Below are positions 37,817 through 49,945 of a DNA stretch of 64,000 nt, in pieces. The notes under the pieces were generated by a model. That model was given only the letters and a program-made list of their open reading frames with translations, was not told where the DNA came from and searched no databases. How positions within the stretch are numbered: position 1 is the stretch's first letter; every line of letters begins with the position of its first letter. The stretch comes from an uncultured Verrucomicrobiae bacterium (GTDB lineage Bacteria; Verrucomicrobiota; Verrucomicrobiia; Chthoniobacterales; Chthoniobacteraceae): assembly GCA_963769025.1 (NCBI GenBank), contig CAVYKI010000009.1, positions 448,001-512,000 on the forward strand, written 5' to 3'. A program made the translations under genes and the position numbers.

Positions 37817-40654
37817 ATGAGCAACGACACATTCAAGACGCTGGGGACCTTCGAACTGGGCAATGGAAAGCAGGGTAAATTTTTCAGCCTGCCCGCCCTC
37901 GAAAAGCAGGGGCTGGGACCGATTTCCAAACTGCCGATCTCCATCCGCATCGTGCTCGAGTCGGTGCTGCGCAACTGCGACGGGAAAAAGGTGAACCCGA
38001 AGGACGTCGAGACGCTCGCGAACTGGAACGCGAAGGCTCCGGAGCCGGTCGAGATCCCGTTCGTCGTCGCGCGCGTGGTGCTGCAGGATTTCACCGGCGT
38101 GCCGCTGCTCGTGGACCTCGCCGCGATGCGCTCCACGGTGCACAGTCTCGGCCGCGACCCGAAGCTGATCGAGCCGCTCGTGCCCGTGGACCTCGTCGTG
38201 GATCACTCGGTGCAGGTGGATTTCTTCGGCAGCTCGGACGCGCTCCGGCTGAATCTCGATCTCGAATTCAAACGCAACCGCGAGCGCTATGAGCTGCTCA
38301 AGTGGGGCCAGCAGGCGTTCAAGACGTTTGGCGTCGTGCCGCCGGGCATTGGCATCGTGCACCAGGTGAACCTCGAATACCTCGCGAAGGGCGTGCTGGA
38401 AAAAGGCGGCGTCCACTATCCGGACACGCTCGTCGGCACGGACTCGCACACGACGATGATCAACGGCCTTGGCGTCGTCGGCTGGGGCGTCGGCGGCATC
38501 GAGGCGGAGGCCGCGATGCTCGGGCAGCCGGTCTATTTCCTCACGCCGGAAGTCGTCGGCGTGCACCTCACCGGCGCGCTCCGCGAAGGCGTCACCGCGA
38601 CGGATCTCGTGCTGCACGTTACGCAGATGCTGCGCAAGGCGAAGGTCGTCGGGAAGTTTGTCGAGTTCTTCGGCCCCGGCGCAAAATCGCTGCCGGTGGT
38701 GGACCGCGCGACGATCGCAAACATGGCGCCCGAGTACGGCGCGACGATGGGTTTCTTCGGCATCGACGAGGAGACCGTCGCCTACCTGCGCGGCACCGGC
38801 CGGACCGAGGAGCACTGCAAGACCTTCGAGAATTACTACAAGGCGCAGGGCCTATGGGGCATTCCCGCGAAGGGCCAGTGCGACTACAGCGTGGAACTGG
38901 AACTCGACATCTCGACCGTCGTCCCCGGTGTCGCCGGTCCGAAGCGCCCGCAGGATCACATCGATCTGCCGGCGCTGAAAAGCACGTTCGCCTCGCTCTT
39001 TTCGAAGGCGCTCCCCGAGGGTGGCTACGGCAAGGTCGCTGGCGACCTCGGCAAGCGGTTCGATGTGCATCTCAATGGCGGCAATCACGGCGGCGGCCGC
39101 GAGATGGCATCGACCGATTCCACGACGAATTTCCCGAAGGAAGGAGCCCCGAAGGACCAGGTGGAGATGATCTCCAATCGCCCGACGCCCGACGCTGCAA
39201 GCGATCTGCCGCGTTCGGCCTACAAGATCGCCGATGTGAAGGTCGGCCATGGTTCCGTGCTGATCGCCGCAATCACCTCGTGCACGAATACGAGCAATCC
39301 CAGCGTCATGCTCGCAGCCGGTCTCCTCGCAAAGAAGGCCGTCGAACGCGGACTCACTGTGAGCCCCGCCGTGAAGACTTCGCTCGGACCCGGATCGCGC
39401 GTGGTCACGGACTATCTCACGAAGACCGGACTCCAGCCGTTCCTCGATCAGCTCGGCTTCCAGACCGTCGGCTACGGCTGCACCACGTGCATCGGCAACA
39501 GCGGCCCGCTGCATCCCGCGCTGGAGGAGGCCATCGCAAAGAACGACCTCATCGCTGCGAGTGTGCTCTCGGGCAACCGCAACTTCGAGGCGCGCGTCCA
39601 CCAGAACATCAAGGCGAACTTCCTCATGTCGCCGCCGCTCGTCGTCGCCTTCGCGCTCGCGGGCCATGTGGACATCGACCTCACCACCGAGCCGCTCGGC
39701 ACCGGCAAGGACGGCAAGCCGGTCTTCCTGAAAGAAATCTGGCCCAGTCTCGCCGAGGTGCGCAACGCGATGAGCAGCGCCCTCTCGCCGGAAATCTTCC
39801 GCAAGCTCTACAGCGACTTCGCCTCGCAGAATCCGAAGTGGAACGAAATCCCCGGCACCGTCGGCGAAGTCTTCGAGTGGAACCGCGAGAGCACGTACGT
39901 GCAGGAGCCGCCGTTCTTCACCGGGTTCTCGATGACGCCCGGCCACATCACCGAGATCAAAGGCGCGCGCCCGCTCGGCATTTTCGGCGACTCGGTCACC
40001 ACGGATCACATCAGCCCCGCCGGCGCGATCAAGAAGGCCAGCCCGGCTGGGAAATTCCTCATGGAGCACGGCGTCGCCTACGAGGATTTCAACAGCTACG
40101 GCAGCCGACGCGGCAACGACCGCATCATGACGCGCGGCACTTTTGCCAATGTGCGGATCAAGAACCTCATGGTGCCCGGCACCGAGGGTGGCGTGACAAA
40201 GTTCAACGGCGAGACGATGCCCATCTACGACGCCGCGATGAAATACGCGGAGACGAAGACGCCGCTCGTCGTCATTGCCGGGCAGGAATACGGCACCGGC
40301 AGTTCGCGTGACTGGGCGGCGAAAGGCACCTCACTGCTCGGCGTGAAAGCCGTCGTCGCACAGAGCTACGAGCGCATCCACCGCAGCAATCTGTGCGGCA
40401 TGGGCGTGGTCCCGCTCCAATTCCCAGACGGCGTCAGCGCGCAGACGCTGAAGCTCGACGGCACCGAGTCCTTCGACGTGCTCGGCCTCAGCGACGACCT
40501 CAAGCCGCTGAGCGACGTCACGCTCGTCGTCCACCGCGCAAACGGCGCGACGGAAAACGTGAAGGTCCGCTGCCGCATCGATACGGCCATCGAGGTGGAC
40601 TACTACCGCCACGGCGGCATCCTGCCATTCGTGCTGCGGCAATTGCTCGCGTGA
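37817..40654 (+). CDS. acnA: Aconitate hydratase AcnA
   Basis: [72 protein letters not shown]. Confidence 0.98.
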   Translation: MSNDTFKTLGTFELGNGKQGKFFSLPALEKQGLGPISKLPISIRIVLESVLRNCDGKKVNPKDVETLANWNAKAPEPVEIPFVVARVVLQDFTGVPLLVDLAAMRSTVHSLGRDPKLIEPLVPVDLVVDHSVQVDFFGSSDALRLNLDLEFKRNRERYELLKWGQQAFKTFGVVPPGIGIVHQVNLEYLAKGVLEKGGVHYPDTLVGTDSHTTMINGLGVVGWGVGGIEAEAAMLGQPVYFLTPEVVGVHLTGALREGVTATDLVLHVTQMLRKAKVVGKFVEFFGPGAKSLPVVDRATIANMAPEYGATMGFFGIDEETVAYLRGTGRTEEHCKTFENYYKAQGLWGIPAKGQCDYSVELELDISTVVPGVAGPKRPQDHIDLPALKSTFASLFSKALPEGGYGKVAGDLGKRFDVHLNGGNHGGGREMASTDSTTNFPKEGAPKDQVEMISNRPTPDAASDLPRSAYKIADVKVGHGSVLIAAITSCTNTSNPSVMLAAGLLAKKAVERGLTVSPAVKTSLGPGSRVVTDYLTKTGLQPFLDQLGFQTVGYGCTTCIGNSGPLHPALEEAIAKNDLIAASVLSGNRNFEARVHQNIKANFLMSPPLVVAFALAGHVDIDLTTEPLGTGKDGKPVFLKEIWPSLAEVRNAMSSALSPEIFRKLYSDFASQNPKWNEIPGTVGEVFEWNRESTYVQEPPFFTGFSMTPGHITEIKGARPLGIFGDSVTTDHISPAGAIKKASPAGKFLMEHGVAYEDFNSYGSRRGNDRIMTRGTFANVRIKNLMVPGTEGGVTKFNGETMPIYDAAMKYAETKTPLVVIAGQEYGTGSSRDWAAKGTSLLGVKAVVAQSYERIHRSNLCGMGVVPLQFPDGVSAQTLKLDGTESFDVLGLSDDLKPLSDVTLVVHRANGATENVKVRCRIDTAIEVDYYRHGGILPFVLRQLLA

Positions 40655-40694
40655 CCCTGCGACCGGCTGGCCGTGAGCGGGCGGGGGACTGCGC

Positions 40695-42134
40695 ATGAGC
40701 GCGGATCCAATCCGTGAACGATACGATGCGGTGCCATACCGGCACGGTGCCGTTTCCGATTCGCACCCGGCGCGCATCGGGGCCATCGCGCGGATGCTCG
40801 GAATTTCCGCCGCGCCGCCGGATCATTGCCGTGTGCTAGAACTCGGCTGCGGCGAGGGAATGAACCTGCTGCCGCTCGCCGAGCGGTTTCCGACTTCGGA
40901 ATTTGTCGGTGTGGATTTCTCCGCGAAGCAGATCGCTGTTGGCGAGGCGTCGCGCGCTGCGTGCGGGATCGGAAATGCCCGCTTCGTTTGCGCCGACCTG
41001 CGGACATGGAAGCCGGAAGGCGGGGCGTTCGACTACATCATCGCGCACGGCGTTTACTCATGGGTTCCCGTCGAAGTGCGCGACCGGTTGCTGGCGCTCT
41101 GCTCCGAGGCGCTGTCACCGGGGGGCGTCGCGTATGTGAGCTACAATACGCTTCCCGGATGGGGCCTGCCCGGCGGAGTGCGGAAGTTTCTGCTCTCGGA
41201 AATCGGCGCGCCCGAATCTCCAGCGACGCAGATGGCGCGGGCGGTGGCGGTGCTCGATTCGCTCGCGGAGTGCATGAAGGATCAGCCGGGTTCCTATGCC
41301 GCGAATTTGCGCGATACGCTCGCGGACATGCGCGAAAAGCCGCCGGCGTTGCTTTTTCACGACGAACTCGCCGCGGTGAACGAGCCATGCACGTTCCTCG
41401 AATTCACCGGACACGCCGCGCACCATGGGCTGAACTATCTCGCCGAGGCGCACTACGCGACGATGCAATCCTCGCACTTGCCCGCACCGATGCAGTCGGC
41501 GCTGGGCCCGCTGCAACTCGATTTCGCACGCACGCAACAATTCATGGACGTGATTTTCCAGCGCTGGCTGCGCAACAGCCTGCTCACCCGTGCGCCCGTC
41601 TCGCAGGAACGTGCGATCCGCGCGGGAGTGCTCGCCGACTGCGCTCTCGGCCTGCGGATGACGGTGGATGTGGACAGCATCAGTCTCCTGCCGGGTTATC
41701 CGATGCGATTCAGCGGCATCCACGGCCTCATCCTCGAGGCGCGGGAGCCGGTGGAAAAGGCGGTGCTCACCGTGCTCGCGACTTCGTTCCCCGAGCGGCT
41801 TCCGTTTCCGAGGCTTTGCGCGATGGCAAATCAGTCCCTCGCTGAAGTGGGGCTGCCTTGCGTGAGCGACTTTTCCGTGCTGCATGAATTCCTGCACCGA
41901 CTTTTTTCGCTCGATGCGCTCGATGTGATGCTTTGCGGCGACGGCGACTGGCTGAAGGTGAACGCGAATCCGTCACTGAGCCCGTTGATGCGCCATCAGG
42001 CCGCGCACGATCTGCCGCTCACGAACCGCTGGCACGAGCCGGTCGCGCTGACGGAAGATGGGAAGCGCGCGCTGATTGATCCGTCCGCTCGTCCGGATGC
42101 CGCGGCGCTAAAGCGGGCCGGGTTGGTCGTCTGA
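40695..42134 (+). CDS. Class I SAM methyltransferase with methyltransferase regulatory domain
   Basis: YDAVPY, VLELGCGEG, FDYIIAHGVYSWV, YVSYNTLPGW, LFHDEL..N, QQFMD. Confidence 0.85.
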   Translation: MSADPIRERYDAVPYRHGAVSDSHPARIGAIARMLGISAAPPDHCRVLELGCGEGMNLLPLAERFPTSEFVGVDFSAKQIAVGEASRAACGIGNARFVCADLRTWKPEGGAFDYIIAHGVYSWVPVEVRDRLLALCSEALSPGGVAYVSYNTLPGWGLPGGVRKFLLSEIGAPESPATQMARAVAVLDSLAECMKDQPGSYAANLRDTLADMREKPPALLFHDELAAVNEPCTFLEFTGHAAHHGLNYLAEAHYATMQSSHLPAPMQSALGPLQLDFARTQQFMDVIFQRWLRNSLLTRAPVSQERAIRAGVLADCALGLRMTVDVDSISLLPGYPMRFSGIHGLILEAREPVEKAVLTVLATSFPERLPFPRLCAMANQSLAEVGLPCVSDFSVLHEFLHRLFSLDALDVMLCGDGDWLKVNANPSLSPLMRHQAAHDLPLTNRWHEPVALTEDGKRALIDPSARPDAAALKRAGLVV

Positions 42135-42147
42135 TCGTCGTCGTCGG

Positions 42148-43692
42148 CTACCTGGCTTGCGGGCGTCGCAGGCGTTTGTCGGTGACGTCGAGGCGGTACG
42201 TGATCTGGTTGTAGTCGTAGCGCGGCGTCGGGACGGCGTTTTTTACGAAGGTGTTCGTATAAGTGCCTTCGAAGTGGATGAAGCGACCATCCTCCTCGTC
42301 AAAGACCGCGTGATGCGCGACGCCGTAGAATGAGTAGTTGTCGTGCGTGACGATTTTCCGGGCATCGCGCCACGGGCCGAGCGGCGAGCCAGCCTCCGCG
42401 AACCAGGCCTCGCCGAGGAACGACGTGCCGCCTCGTTCGGTGAAAACGAGCACCCACTTCTTCAGGAATGCATTCCAGTTCACCGAGCCTTCGTGGACCG
42501 TGACGGCCTTGCCGCTCTCGATGTCCCGCACCTGCCAGCGCGCATCGGCCTCGGGGATTTGCTTCGCGGAAATCAGCATCCGTTCCTGCTCCGGCGTGAG
42601 CGGCGGGGCGTCGCGCGTCCATCGGTAAACGGGATGTCCTGCTTCGTCGCGCACGACGGGTGGTGCCTTGCCGTCGAGCGACGGGGTGGAGAGGCAAGTG
42701 AATGCCTCGTATGCGTCCGGGTCGATGATCGCCTCATAGGTCGCCTTCACCCGCACCATCGGCAGCGGAGTCTCGCCGCCGAAGTAGATGAAATCCCCAT
42801 CGGCATCCTTCACGCGCACGGCGTGACCTTTTGGGAACCGCCATTTTTCACCGGGCGGCAGTTCCTTGATTCGTTCAAATTTTGACGCCTCGTCATCGAA
42901 AACGCCAAGACCGTGCGAGAGGCGAGTGCCGAGATCTTTCATCCGCGAGTAATGCGCGACGAGGCGCTCGCGGCCCGCGGCATCGCGCACGCTGATCAGG
43001 CCGTCGGTCCACACGGGTCCGGGTTCGCCGAGTTGCCACATCGGGCGGCTGAACCCGTCGCTGCCGGTGAAATACGTGAGGTCCACGCCTTTCGCCGGAG
43101 GCAATCCTCCATGGCCGGGCATTTCCGAAGTCGCGCCCGCAGTGCCGAAGTGGCCGAGCGGGTAGCGCACGCGGTTCGTGTCGCCCCAGAGCCAGAGGAG
43201 TTTCCCGCGGTACTCAGCGCATTGCACGGAATCCTGCCCCGCGACGTGTGCATTCAGCAGTGGTTCGCGCAGCGGCGCGGGTTCACCGGCGAGCACGCTG
43301 TCGCGGTAGATGCCCTCGCCGGTCGTCCGGTACATGCGCTCGGCGATGTTCTTCCGGGGCAGTTTGATTTCGGCGCGGCCGCCGGGCGTGGGCGTGAGCG
43401 CGATTCCCGCATTTCCAAAGCCGTCCCTTGGGTATTCGTAGCCGTGGCTGCGCACGGAAAAATACACCGGCGTATCCATCAGGCCCGGCTCGTGGAATGC
43501 GACGATGCCTGCGCTGTCGGTCACAAAAACCGTCTGACTCACCGTGCGCAATTCGACGAGCGGCACGCCGCGCCCGGTCTCCGGGTCCACAACCTTGATC
43601 AGGAAATATGGCGTTGCGGCGTGGGATCCGACGGCGAGCAGCGCGAGCACAATCACGGTCAGCATTCGGATGCGGCGGGGAAGGGGATTCAT
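42148..43692 (-). CDS. Conserved secreted hypothetical protein (probable beta-propeller)
   Basis: Signal peptide, GRGVPLVEL, RTTGEGIYRDS, GQDSV, WLWGDT, FEGTYT, PRYDYNQ. Confidence 0.75.
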   Translation of the reverse strand: MNPLPRRIRMLTVIVLALLAVGSHAATPYFLIKVVDPETGRGVPLVELRTVSQTVFVTDSAGIVAFHEPGLMDTPVYFSVRSHGYEYPRDGFGNAGIALTPTPGGRAEIKLPRKNIAERMYRTTGEGIYRDSVLAGEPAPLREPLLNAHVAGQDSVQCAEYRGKLLWLWGDTNRVRYPLGHFGTAGATSEMPGHGGLPPAKGVDLTYFTGSDGFSRPMWQLGEPGPVWTDGLISVRDAAGRERLVAHYSRMKDLGTRLSHGLGVFDDEASKFERIKELPPGEKWRFPKGHAVRVKDADGDFIYFGGETPLPMVRVKATYEAIIDPDAYEAFTCLSTPSLDGKAPPVVRDEAGHPVYRWTRDAPPLTPEQERMLISAKQIPEADARWQVRDIESGKAVTVHEGSVNWNAFLKKWVLVFTERGGTSFLGEAWFAEAGSPLGPWRDARKIVTHDNYSFYGVAHHAVFDEEDGRFIHFEGTYTNTFVKNAVPTPRYDYNQITYRLDVTDKRLRRPQAR

Positions 43693-43755
43693 TTCGTTCC
43701 GGTGCGAGTCTCCCCGGGCATCATCGCCAGGCCAGCACGCAGTTCTCGAGAGGCC

Positions 43756-44655
43756 TCAATATTCCGTGCGAAGTGCGACGGGGTTCGCCTTGAGCTTTGC
43801 CCGGGTGCGGATGTTCAGCATCTCGACGACGAATGAAAATGCCATCGCGGCATACACGTAGCCCTTCGGCACCTCATGGCCGAAGCCGTCGGCCATCAGC
43901 ACAAAACCGACGAGGATCAGGAACGACAGGGCGAGCATTTTGATCGTCGGATGCCGGTTCACGAAGTCGCTGATGCTCTTCGCCGCCGCGAGCATGACCA
44001 TCATCGAGATGACAATCGCGAGCACCATGATGGTCATGTTCCCGCCGCCGTGCATCGGCGGCTTTGCCGGCGCGAGCGCGGACTTCGCCTGTGCGAAGGC
44101 CTCCGCGGCAGCGGGGGGCACGGTCCCGAGCGCGGCCCCGAGCGACTCCAGCGCCTGTCGCGCGGCGACGATGTGACCCGGCTCGCTGTGCGTCGCGCCG
44201 CCCACGAGGCCGACGGCGGTGATGACCGAGTCGAGCGAAAACAGGATATCCACGAAGATGATCGTGACGATGATGTTTGTGAGCTTCGGCGCCACGCTGA
44301 GTCCCTTTTCATGCTCGGCTCCTTCGAGGGAGTGGTGGATTTCCTTCACGCTTTTCCAAATGAGGAAGAAGCCGCCGAGCAGCATGACGAGGTCTTTGCC
44401 GGAGAAGCCGTGACCGAACAACGCGAAGAGCGGATGCACGAGCTTGGTGAGCAGGAAGATGAGGCTCAGCAGGATGATTCGCATCACGAGCGCAAGCATC
44501 AGGCCGATGTTCCTCGCCTTGGCCTGCTGTTCTGGCGGAAGTTTCCCGGCGAGGATGGAGATGAAGATGATGTTGTCCACGCCGAGGACGATCTCGAGGA
44601 TGGTGAGGGTGAGCAGGCTCACCCAAGCGTTCGGGTCTGCGATCCATTCAAACAT
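43756..44655 (-). CDS. TerC family membrane protein
   Basis: LEIVLGVDNIIFI, FSLDSVITAVG, HPTIKMLALSFL, PKGYVYAAMAFS; start MFEWIADP. Confidence 0.93.
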   Translation of the reverse strand: MFEWIADPNAWVSLLTLTILEIVLGVDNIIFISILAGKLPPEQQAKARNIGLMLALVMRIILLSLIFLLTKLVHPLFALFGHGFSGKDLVMLLGGFFLIWKSVKEIHHSLEGAEHEKGLSVAPKLTNIIVTIIFVDILFSLDSVITAVGLVGGATHSEPGHIVAARQALESLGAALGTVPPAAAEAFAQAKSALAPAKPPMHGGGNMTIMVLAIVISMMVMLAAAKSISDFVNRHPTIKMLALSFLILVGFVLMADGFGHEVPKGYVYAAMAFSFVVEMLNIRTRAKLKANPVALRTEY

Positions 44656-44739
44656 GGCGCGGAGAAAAGCGGAGCGCGCGCAGGAGTAAAGTGAAAGCGG
44701 CTGGACGGATGCCGGGCCTTCCGCCAATGCACTCCGGAA

Positions 44740-45273
44740 ATGACCCAGCCCGCCGTATTCCTCGATCGCGATGGAACGCTGATGCACGAGGTGAACTACT
44801 GCCGCGACCCGGCGGATGTGCGCCTGGTGGATGGTGCGGCTGATGCGCTGAGGCGTTTGAAATCCGCGGGGTTCCGGCTCGTGATCGTCACGAACCAGAG
44901 CGGCATCGCGCGTGGGTTGCTGACGGAGGCTGACTTTCACGCCGTGCAGGAGCGGCTGCTGGAACTGCTGGGCGAGGGGATCATCGAAGCGACCTACATG
45001 TGCCCCGATGGACCGGGAGGGGAATCCGGCCGGCGAAAGCCTTCGCCGGCGATGGTGCTGGAGGCGGCGCGCGATCTCGGGCTCGACCTCGCGCGGTCGT
45101 GGTTCGTCGGGGACAAGGACATTGACGTGCAATGCGGCCTCGCGGCGGGGACGCGCGCCATGCTCGTCCGCACCGGGCACGGGAGCGATGCGGACCCGGC
45201 GGGCGCGCACTTTGTCGCCAAAGACATTGCCAGCGCAGCCGACTTCATTCTATCCGATTCGGGTGCCAGCTAA
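44740..45273 (+). CDS. gmhB: D-glycero-D-manno-heptose-1,7-bisphosphate phosphatase (HAD IIIA)
   Basis: AVFLDRDGTL, VTNQSGIARG, RRKPSPAM, VGDKDID, VRTGHG. Confidence 0.88.
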   Translation: MTQPAVFLDRDGTLMHEVNYCRDPADVRLVDGAADALRRLKSAGFRLVIVTNQSGIARGLLTEADFHAVQERLLELLGEGIIEATYMCPDGPGGESGRRKPSPAMVLEAARDLGLDLARSWFVGDKDIDVQCGLAAGTRAMLVRTGHGSDADPAGAHFVAKDIASAADFILSDSGAS

Positions 45274-45997
45274 GATCGCCGTCGTCATCCCCGCCCGCTA
45301 CGCCTCGACCCGCTTCCCCGGGAAGCCGCTCTTCCCCCTCGCCGGAAAGCCGATGATCCAGCACGTCTGGGAGCGCTGCTCCCGCGCGAAGGGCGTCGAG
45401 AAGGTCATCATCGCGACGGAGGACATGCGCATCGCCGAGGCGGCATTCGATTTCGGCGCGGAGATCGCGCTGACCTCGGAAAAGTGCGTCAGCGGCACGG
45501 ACCGGGTCGCCGAAGTGGCCCGCAACCTCAAGGGCTTCACGCACGTCATCAACGTCCAGGGCGACGAACCGCTCGTGGATCCCGGCACCGTCACGAAGCT
45601 CGCGAAAGCCATGGCCGGATCGCGCGACATCCAGATGATCACCTCCGCCAGCGTCTTTGAGCCCGGCGACGACGTCGCGAATCCGAACGCCGTGAAGGTC
45701 GTCGTCGATCGCAATGGCGACGCACTCTACTTCTCCCGCTCGCCGATTCCTTTTGTGCGCAACGAAACGCCGGGCCTCAAATTCTACCGGCACCAGGGCA
45801 TCTACGGCTACACGCTGAAGCTGCTCTTCCAGTTCGTGAAATGGAAGCCGACGCTCCTCGAACGCGCCGAATCGCTCGAACAGCTCCGCGCGCTGGAGAA
45901 CGGCGTGAAAATCCGTGTCATTTTCGTAAAACACCTCAGCGTCGGCGTGGACACACCGGCCGATGCGGCGGAGGTCACTCCACTCCTTTCCAAGTAA
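45263..45997 (+). CDS. kdsB: 3-deoxy-manno-octulosonate cytidylyltransferase
   Basis: IPARYASTRFPGKPL, SGTDR, NVQGDEP, LYFSRSPIP, LEQLRALENG; GTG start overlaps the end of gmhB. Confidence 0.95.
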   Translation: MPAKIAVVIPARYASTRFPGKPLFPLAGKPMIQHVWERCSRAKGVEKVIIATEDMRIAEAAFDFGAEIALTSEKCVSGTDRVAEVARNLKGFTHVINVQGDEPLVDPGTVTKLAKAMAGSRDIQMITSASVFEPGDDVANPNAVKVVVDRNGDALYFSRSPIPFVRNETPGLKFYRHQGIYGYTLKLLFQFVKWKPTLLERAESLEQLRALENGVKIRVIFVKHLSVGVDTPADAAEVTPLLSK

Positions 45998-46012
45998 AGC
46001 GCACATTTTTTC

Positions 46013-47614
46013 ATGAAATACATTTTCGTCACCGGCGGCGTCGTCAGTTCACTCGGCAAGGGCATCGCCGCGGCATCGCTCGGCACGTTGCTCGAGCACC
46101 GCGGGCTGAAGGTCACCATGCAGAAGTTCGACCCGTATCTCAACGTCGATCCCGGCACGATGAATCCCTTCGAGCACGGCGAGGTGTATGTGCTCGATGA
46201 CGGCGCCGAGACCGACCTCGACCTCGGCCACTACGAGCGCTTCACGAACTGCGTCCTCACCCGCGCGAACAACACCACCAGCGGGCAGATCTACGAGACC
46301 GTCCTCGCGAAGGAGCGCGCGCGGCGATTATCTCGGCAAGACCGTGCAGGTCATCCCGCACGTCACCGATGAGATCAAGGCGCGCATCCGCAACCTCGCC
46401 GCCGAGCAGCCGTGCGACGTGCTCATCACGGAAATCGGCGGCACCATCGGCGACATCGAGGGGCTGCCCGTTTCTCGAGGCCATCCGGCAGTTCATCCTC
46501 GAGGTCGGCGACGCAGAACGCGATGATCATGCACGTCACGCTCGTCCCGTTCATCAAGGCCGCCGGCGAGCTGAAGACCAAGCCTTCGCAGCAGAGCATC
46601 GCCAAGCTCCGCGAGATCGGCCTGCACCCGCGACGTGCTCATCGCCGCACCGAGCATCCGCTCAACGACGAGGTCCGCAAAAAGCTCTCCATCTTTTGCA
46701 ACGTGCCGCTCAATGCCGTCGTCGAGGGCCGCGACGTCGAGCACACCATCTACCGCGTGCCGCTCATGCTCCAGCAGGAGAAGCTCGACGACATCGTCTG
46801 CGAGCGGCTCGGGCTGAACGTGCCGCCCGCGAACATGACCGACTGGGAGCAATTCGTGAAGCGCCTCGTGAACCCGAAGAAGCGCGTCCGCATCGCCATC
46901 GTCGGCAAATACATCGACCACAAGGACGCCTACAAGAGCATCTACGAATCCATCACCCACGCCGCCGCCTCGCTCGATTGCGGGCCCGAGATCATCGAGG
47001 TGGATGCCGAGGTTCTCGAGACCGAGGACCCCGCGAAGCATCTGCACAACTACGCCGGCATCCTCGTCCCCGGCGGCTTCGGCGAACGCGGCATCGAGGG
47101 CAAAATCGCCGCCGCCACTTCGCCCGGAGCACAACGTGCCCTACCTCGGCCTCTGCCTCGGCATGCAGATCGCCACCATCGAATTTGCGCGCAACGTCTC
47201 GGCCTCGCGAAGGCCAACAGCACGGAGTTCGACCCGAAGTCGCCCGACCCCGTCATCGACCTCCTGCCCGAGCAGAAGAAGGTGAAGGACAAGGGCGCCA
47301 CCATGCGCCTCGGCACCTGGCCCACCCTGCTGAAGGCCGGCACCCGCGCACAGCAGCTCTACGGCGTGCACGAGATCCGCGAACGCCACCGCCACCGCTA
47401 CGAATTCAACCAGGACTACCGCGAGCAGATGGAAGCCGCCGGCTTCATCATCGCCGGCACCTCACCCGACGGACGCCTCGTCGAGATCATCGAGCTGCGC
47501 GACCACCCGTGGTTTCTCGCCTGCCAGTACCACCCCGAATTCAAGAGCAAGCCCAACGCCCCGCACCCGCTCTTCAAGGGCTTCCTCTCCGCCTGCCTCG
47601 CGCACGAGCAGTAG
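46013..47614 (+). CDS. pyrG: CTP synthase, interrupted by several indels (probable sequencing errors)
   Basis: [68 protein letters not shown] and QYHPEF are spread over three frames. Confidence 0.95.
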
Positions 47615-47665
47615 GCCGGCGCCGCAGGATAGCCCCGCATCCCGGTTCGGGTTAACGGAACAATA

Positions 47666-48640
<975 letters not shown>

Positions 48641-48688
48641 GCGCGGATGAAAGGCGGTCGCATCGCGTGCGGCAAGGAAGTCCTCGCG

Positions 48689-48844
48689 GTAGCCGCCGAG
48701 GGAACGAGGCGGGGACACAATCGAACGCGGAGTGCGGAATGCGGAACGCGGAAAATGGTAGCCGTCCGCGTGCCTCTTCCTGTTCGCATTCGGCATCCCA
48801 CATAATGCATTTCGATCGGCCCGCCTCGTTCCCTCGGCGGCTGC
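48689..48844. repeat. REPIN-like element: 23-bp perfect inverted repeat enclosing inverted heptamer arrays
   Basis: AGCCGCCGAGGGAACGAGGCGGG (48691-48713) is the exact reverse complement of 48820-48842; the left copy begins GTAG. Confidence 0.8.
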
Positions 48845-48897
48845 GTGCGAAAGCGTGCTTGGCAGCGCGCGAGGGCTGCGCGAATGAATCGCGACCG

Positions 48898-49869
48898 ATG
48901 AAAGCAATCGTCTTCCTCACCGCCGCGCTGTTTTCCGGAATGGTTTCCGCGACGGCAGCGGCGAATGCCGCGGAGGTTCCGGAGCATGCCCCCGAGGCGG
49001 GGAAAGCGTCGCCGCCGAGGCAGCCGGAGCGCGGGCCGGGCGGGGCGGAGTATCCGCACCGGGGGATTCGGCAGACGGAGCACGGCGAGGGCGGGAGGCA
49101 ATTCTGGATCATCGAACCGGCGCAGCCCGCTCCGAAGAGCGCGCCGCTGATCATTTTCATCCACGGCTGGAGCGCGACGACGCCGGACACGTATCGCGGG
49201 TGGATCAACCACCTCTCGAAGCGCGGGAATGTCGTCGTGTACCCGCGGTATCAGGAACGGCTGTTCACTCCGGCGGGGGAATATTTTCCGAACGTGGTCG
49301 CATCCGTCCGCCACGCGCTCGCTGTGCTGAAGCAGCCCGGGCACGTGGCGCCGGATCTCAGCCGGGTGGCGCTGGTGGGGCATTCGGTCGGTGGCGTGCA
49401 GGTGGTGAATTACGCGGCGTCGGCGGGCGCGGAAGGACTCCCGGTTCCGAAGGCGGCGATGAGCGTGCAGCCGGGGCAGGGCTCGGTGCGCGGACCCAAG
49501 CTGGTGCCGATGCGCGACGCCGGGACGATCCCGGCGGACACCAAACTGCTGGTGATGATCGGCGACGCGGACGGAATGGTGGGCTCGGCGTGCGCGCGAA
49601 CCATCTGGCGCGGCACGAAGCATGTGAGCGACCGGGCATTCATCACGATGCAGAGCGACGCGCACGGCTCGCCCCCGCTGAACGCGAACCATCTCGCGCC
49701 GATCAGCTGGAACCGCGCAGCCATCGACGCGCTCGACTGGCTCGGGTTCTGGAGGACGTTCGACTCGCTGATGGATGCCGCATTTTCCGGAAAGCCGCTC
49801 GCGGTGGAGGCGAACATGGGCACCTGGAGCGACGGGACGCCGGTGAAGCCGCTGAAGGTTGAAAGGTAG
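48898..49869 (+). CDS. Secreted alpha/beta hydrolase
   Basis: Signal peptide, [21 protein letters not shown] nucleophile motif, GDAD, ANH. Confidence 0.87.
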   Translation: MKAIVFLTAALFSGMVSATAAANAAEVPEHAPEAGKASPPRQPERGPGGAEYPHRGIRQTEHGEGGRQFWIIEPAQPAPKSAPLIIFIHGWSATTPDTYRGWINHLSKRGNVVVYPRYQERLFTPAGEYFPNVVASVRHALAVLKQPGHVAPDLSRVALVGHSVGGVQVVNYAASAGAEGLPVPKAAMSVQPGQGSVRGPKLVPMRDAGTIPADTKLLVMIGDADGMVGSACARTIWRGTKHVSDRAFITMQSDAHGSPPLNANHLAPISWNRAAIDALDWLGFWRTFDSLMDAAFSGKPLAVEANMGTWSDGTPVKPLKVER

Positions 49870-49945
49870 GGCCCTTCCGCCGGAAGGGCCCGCGCATCCA
49901 ACGGCGACGCGGAAGAAGTGGGCGCTTTCGGCGAAAGCGCCCTAC
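49866..49945. repeat. Inverted pair of GTAG REP hairpins between convergent genes
   Basis: GTAGGGCCCTTCC-GCC-GGAAGGGCCC (49866-49891) and, on the minus strand, GTAGGGCGCTTTC-GCC-GAAAGCGCCC (49920-49945). Confidence 0.85.

Noticed and set aside
43756..45210. Long N-terminal extensions of TerC (from 45210) and KdsB (from 45008)
   Set aside because: Both overlap gmhB; homology begins at 44655 and 45263
46013..47614. pyrG as a pseudogene or programmed frameshift
   Set aside because: Normally essential gene with conserved residues intact, many scattered indels and no slippery-site pattern; sequencing error is more parsimonious
48723..48810. CRISPR array
   Set aside because: Units are 7 bp without unique spacers; no cas genes
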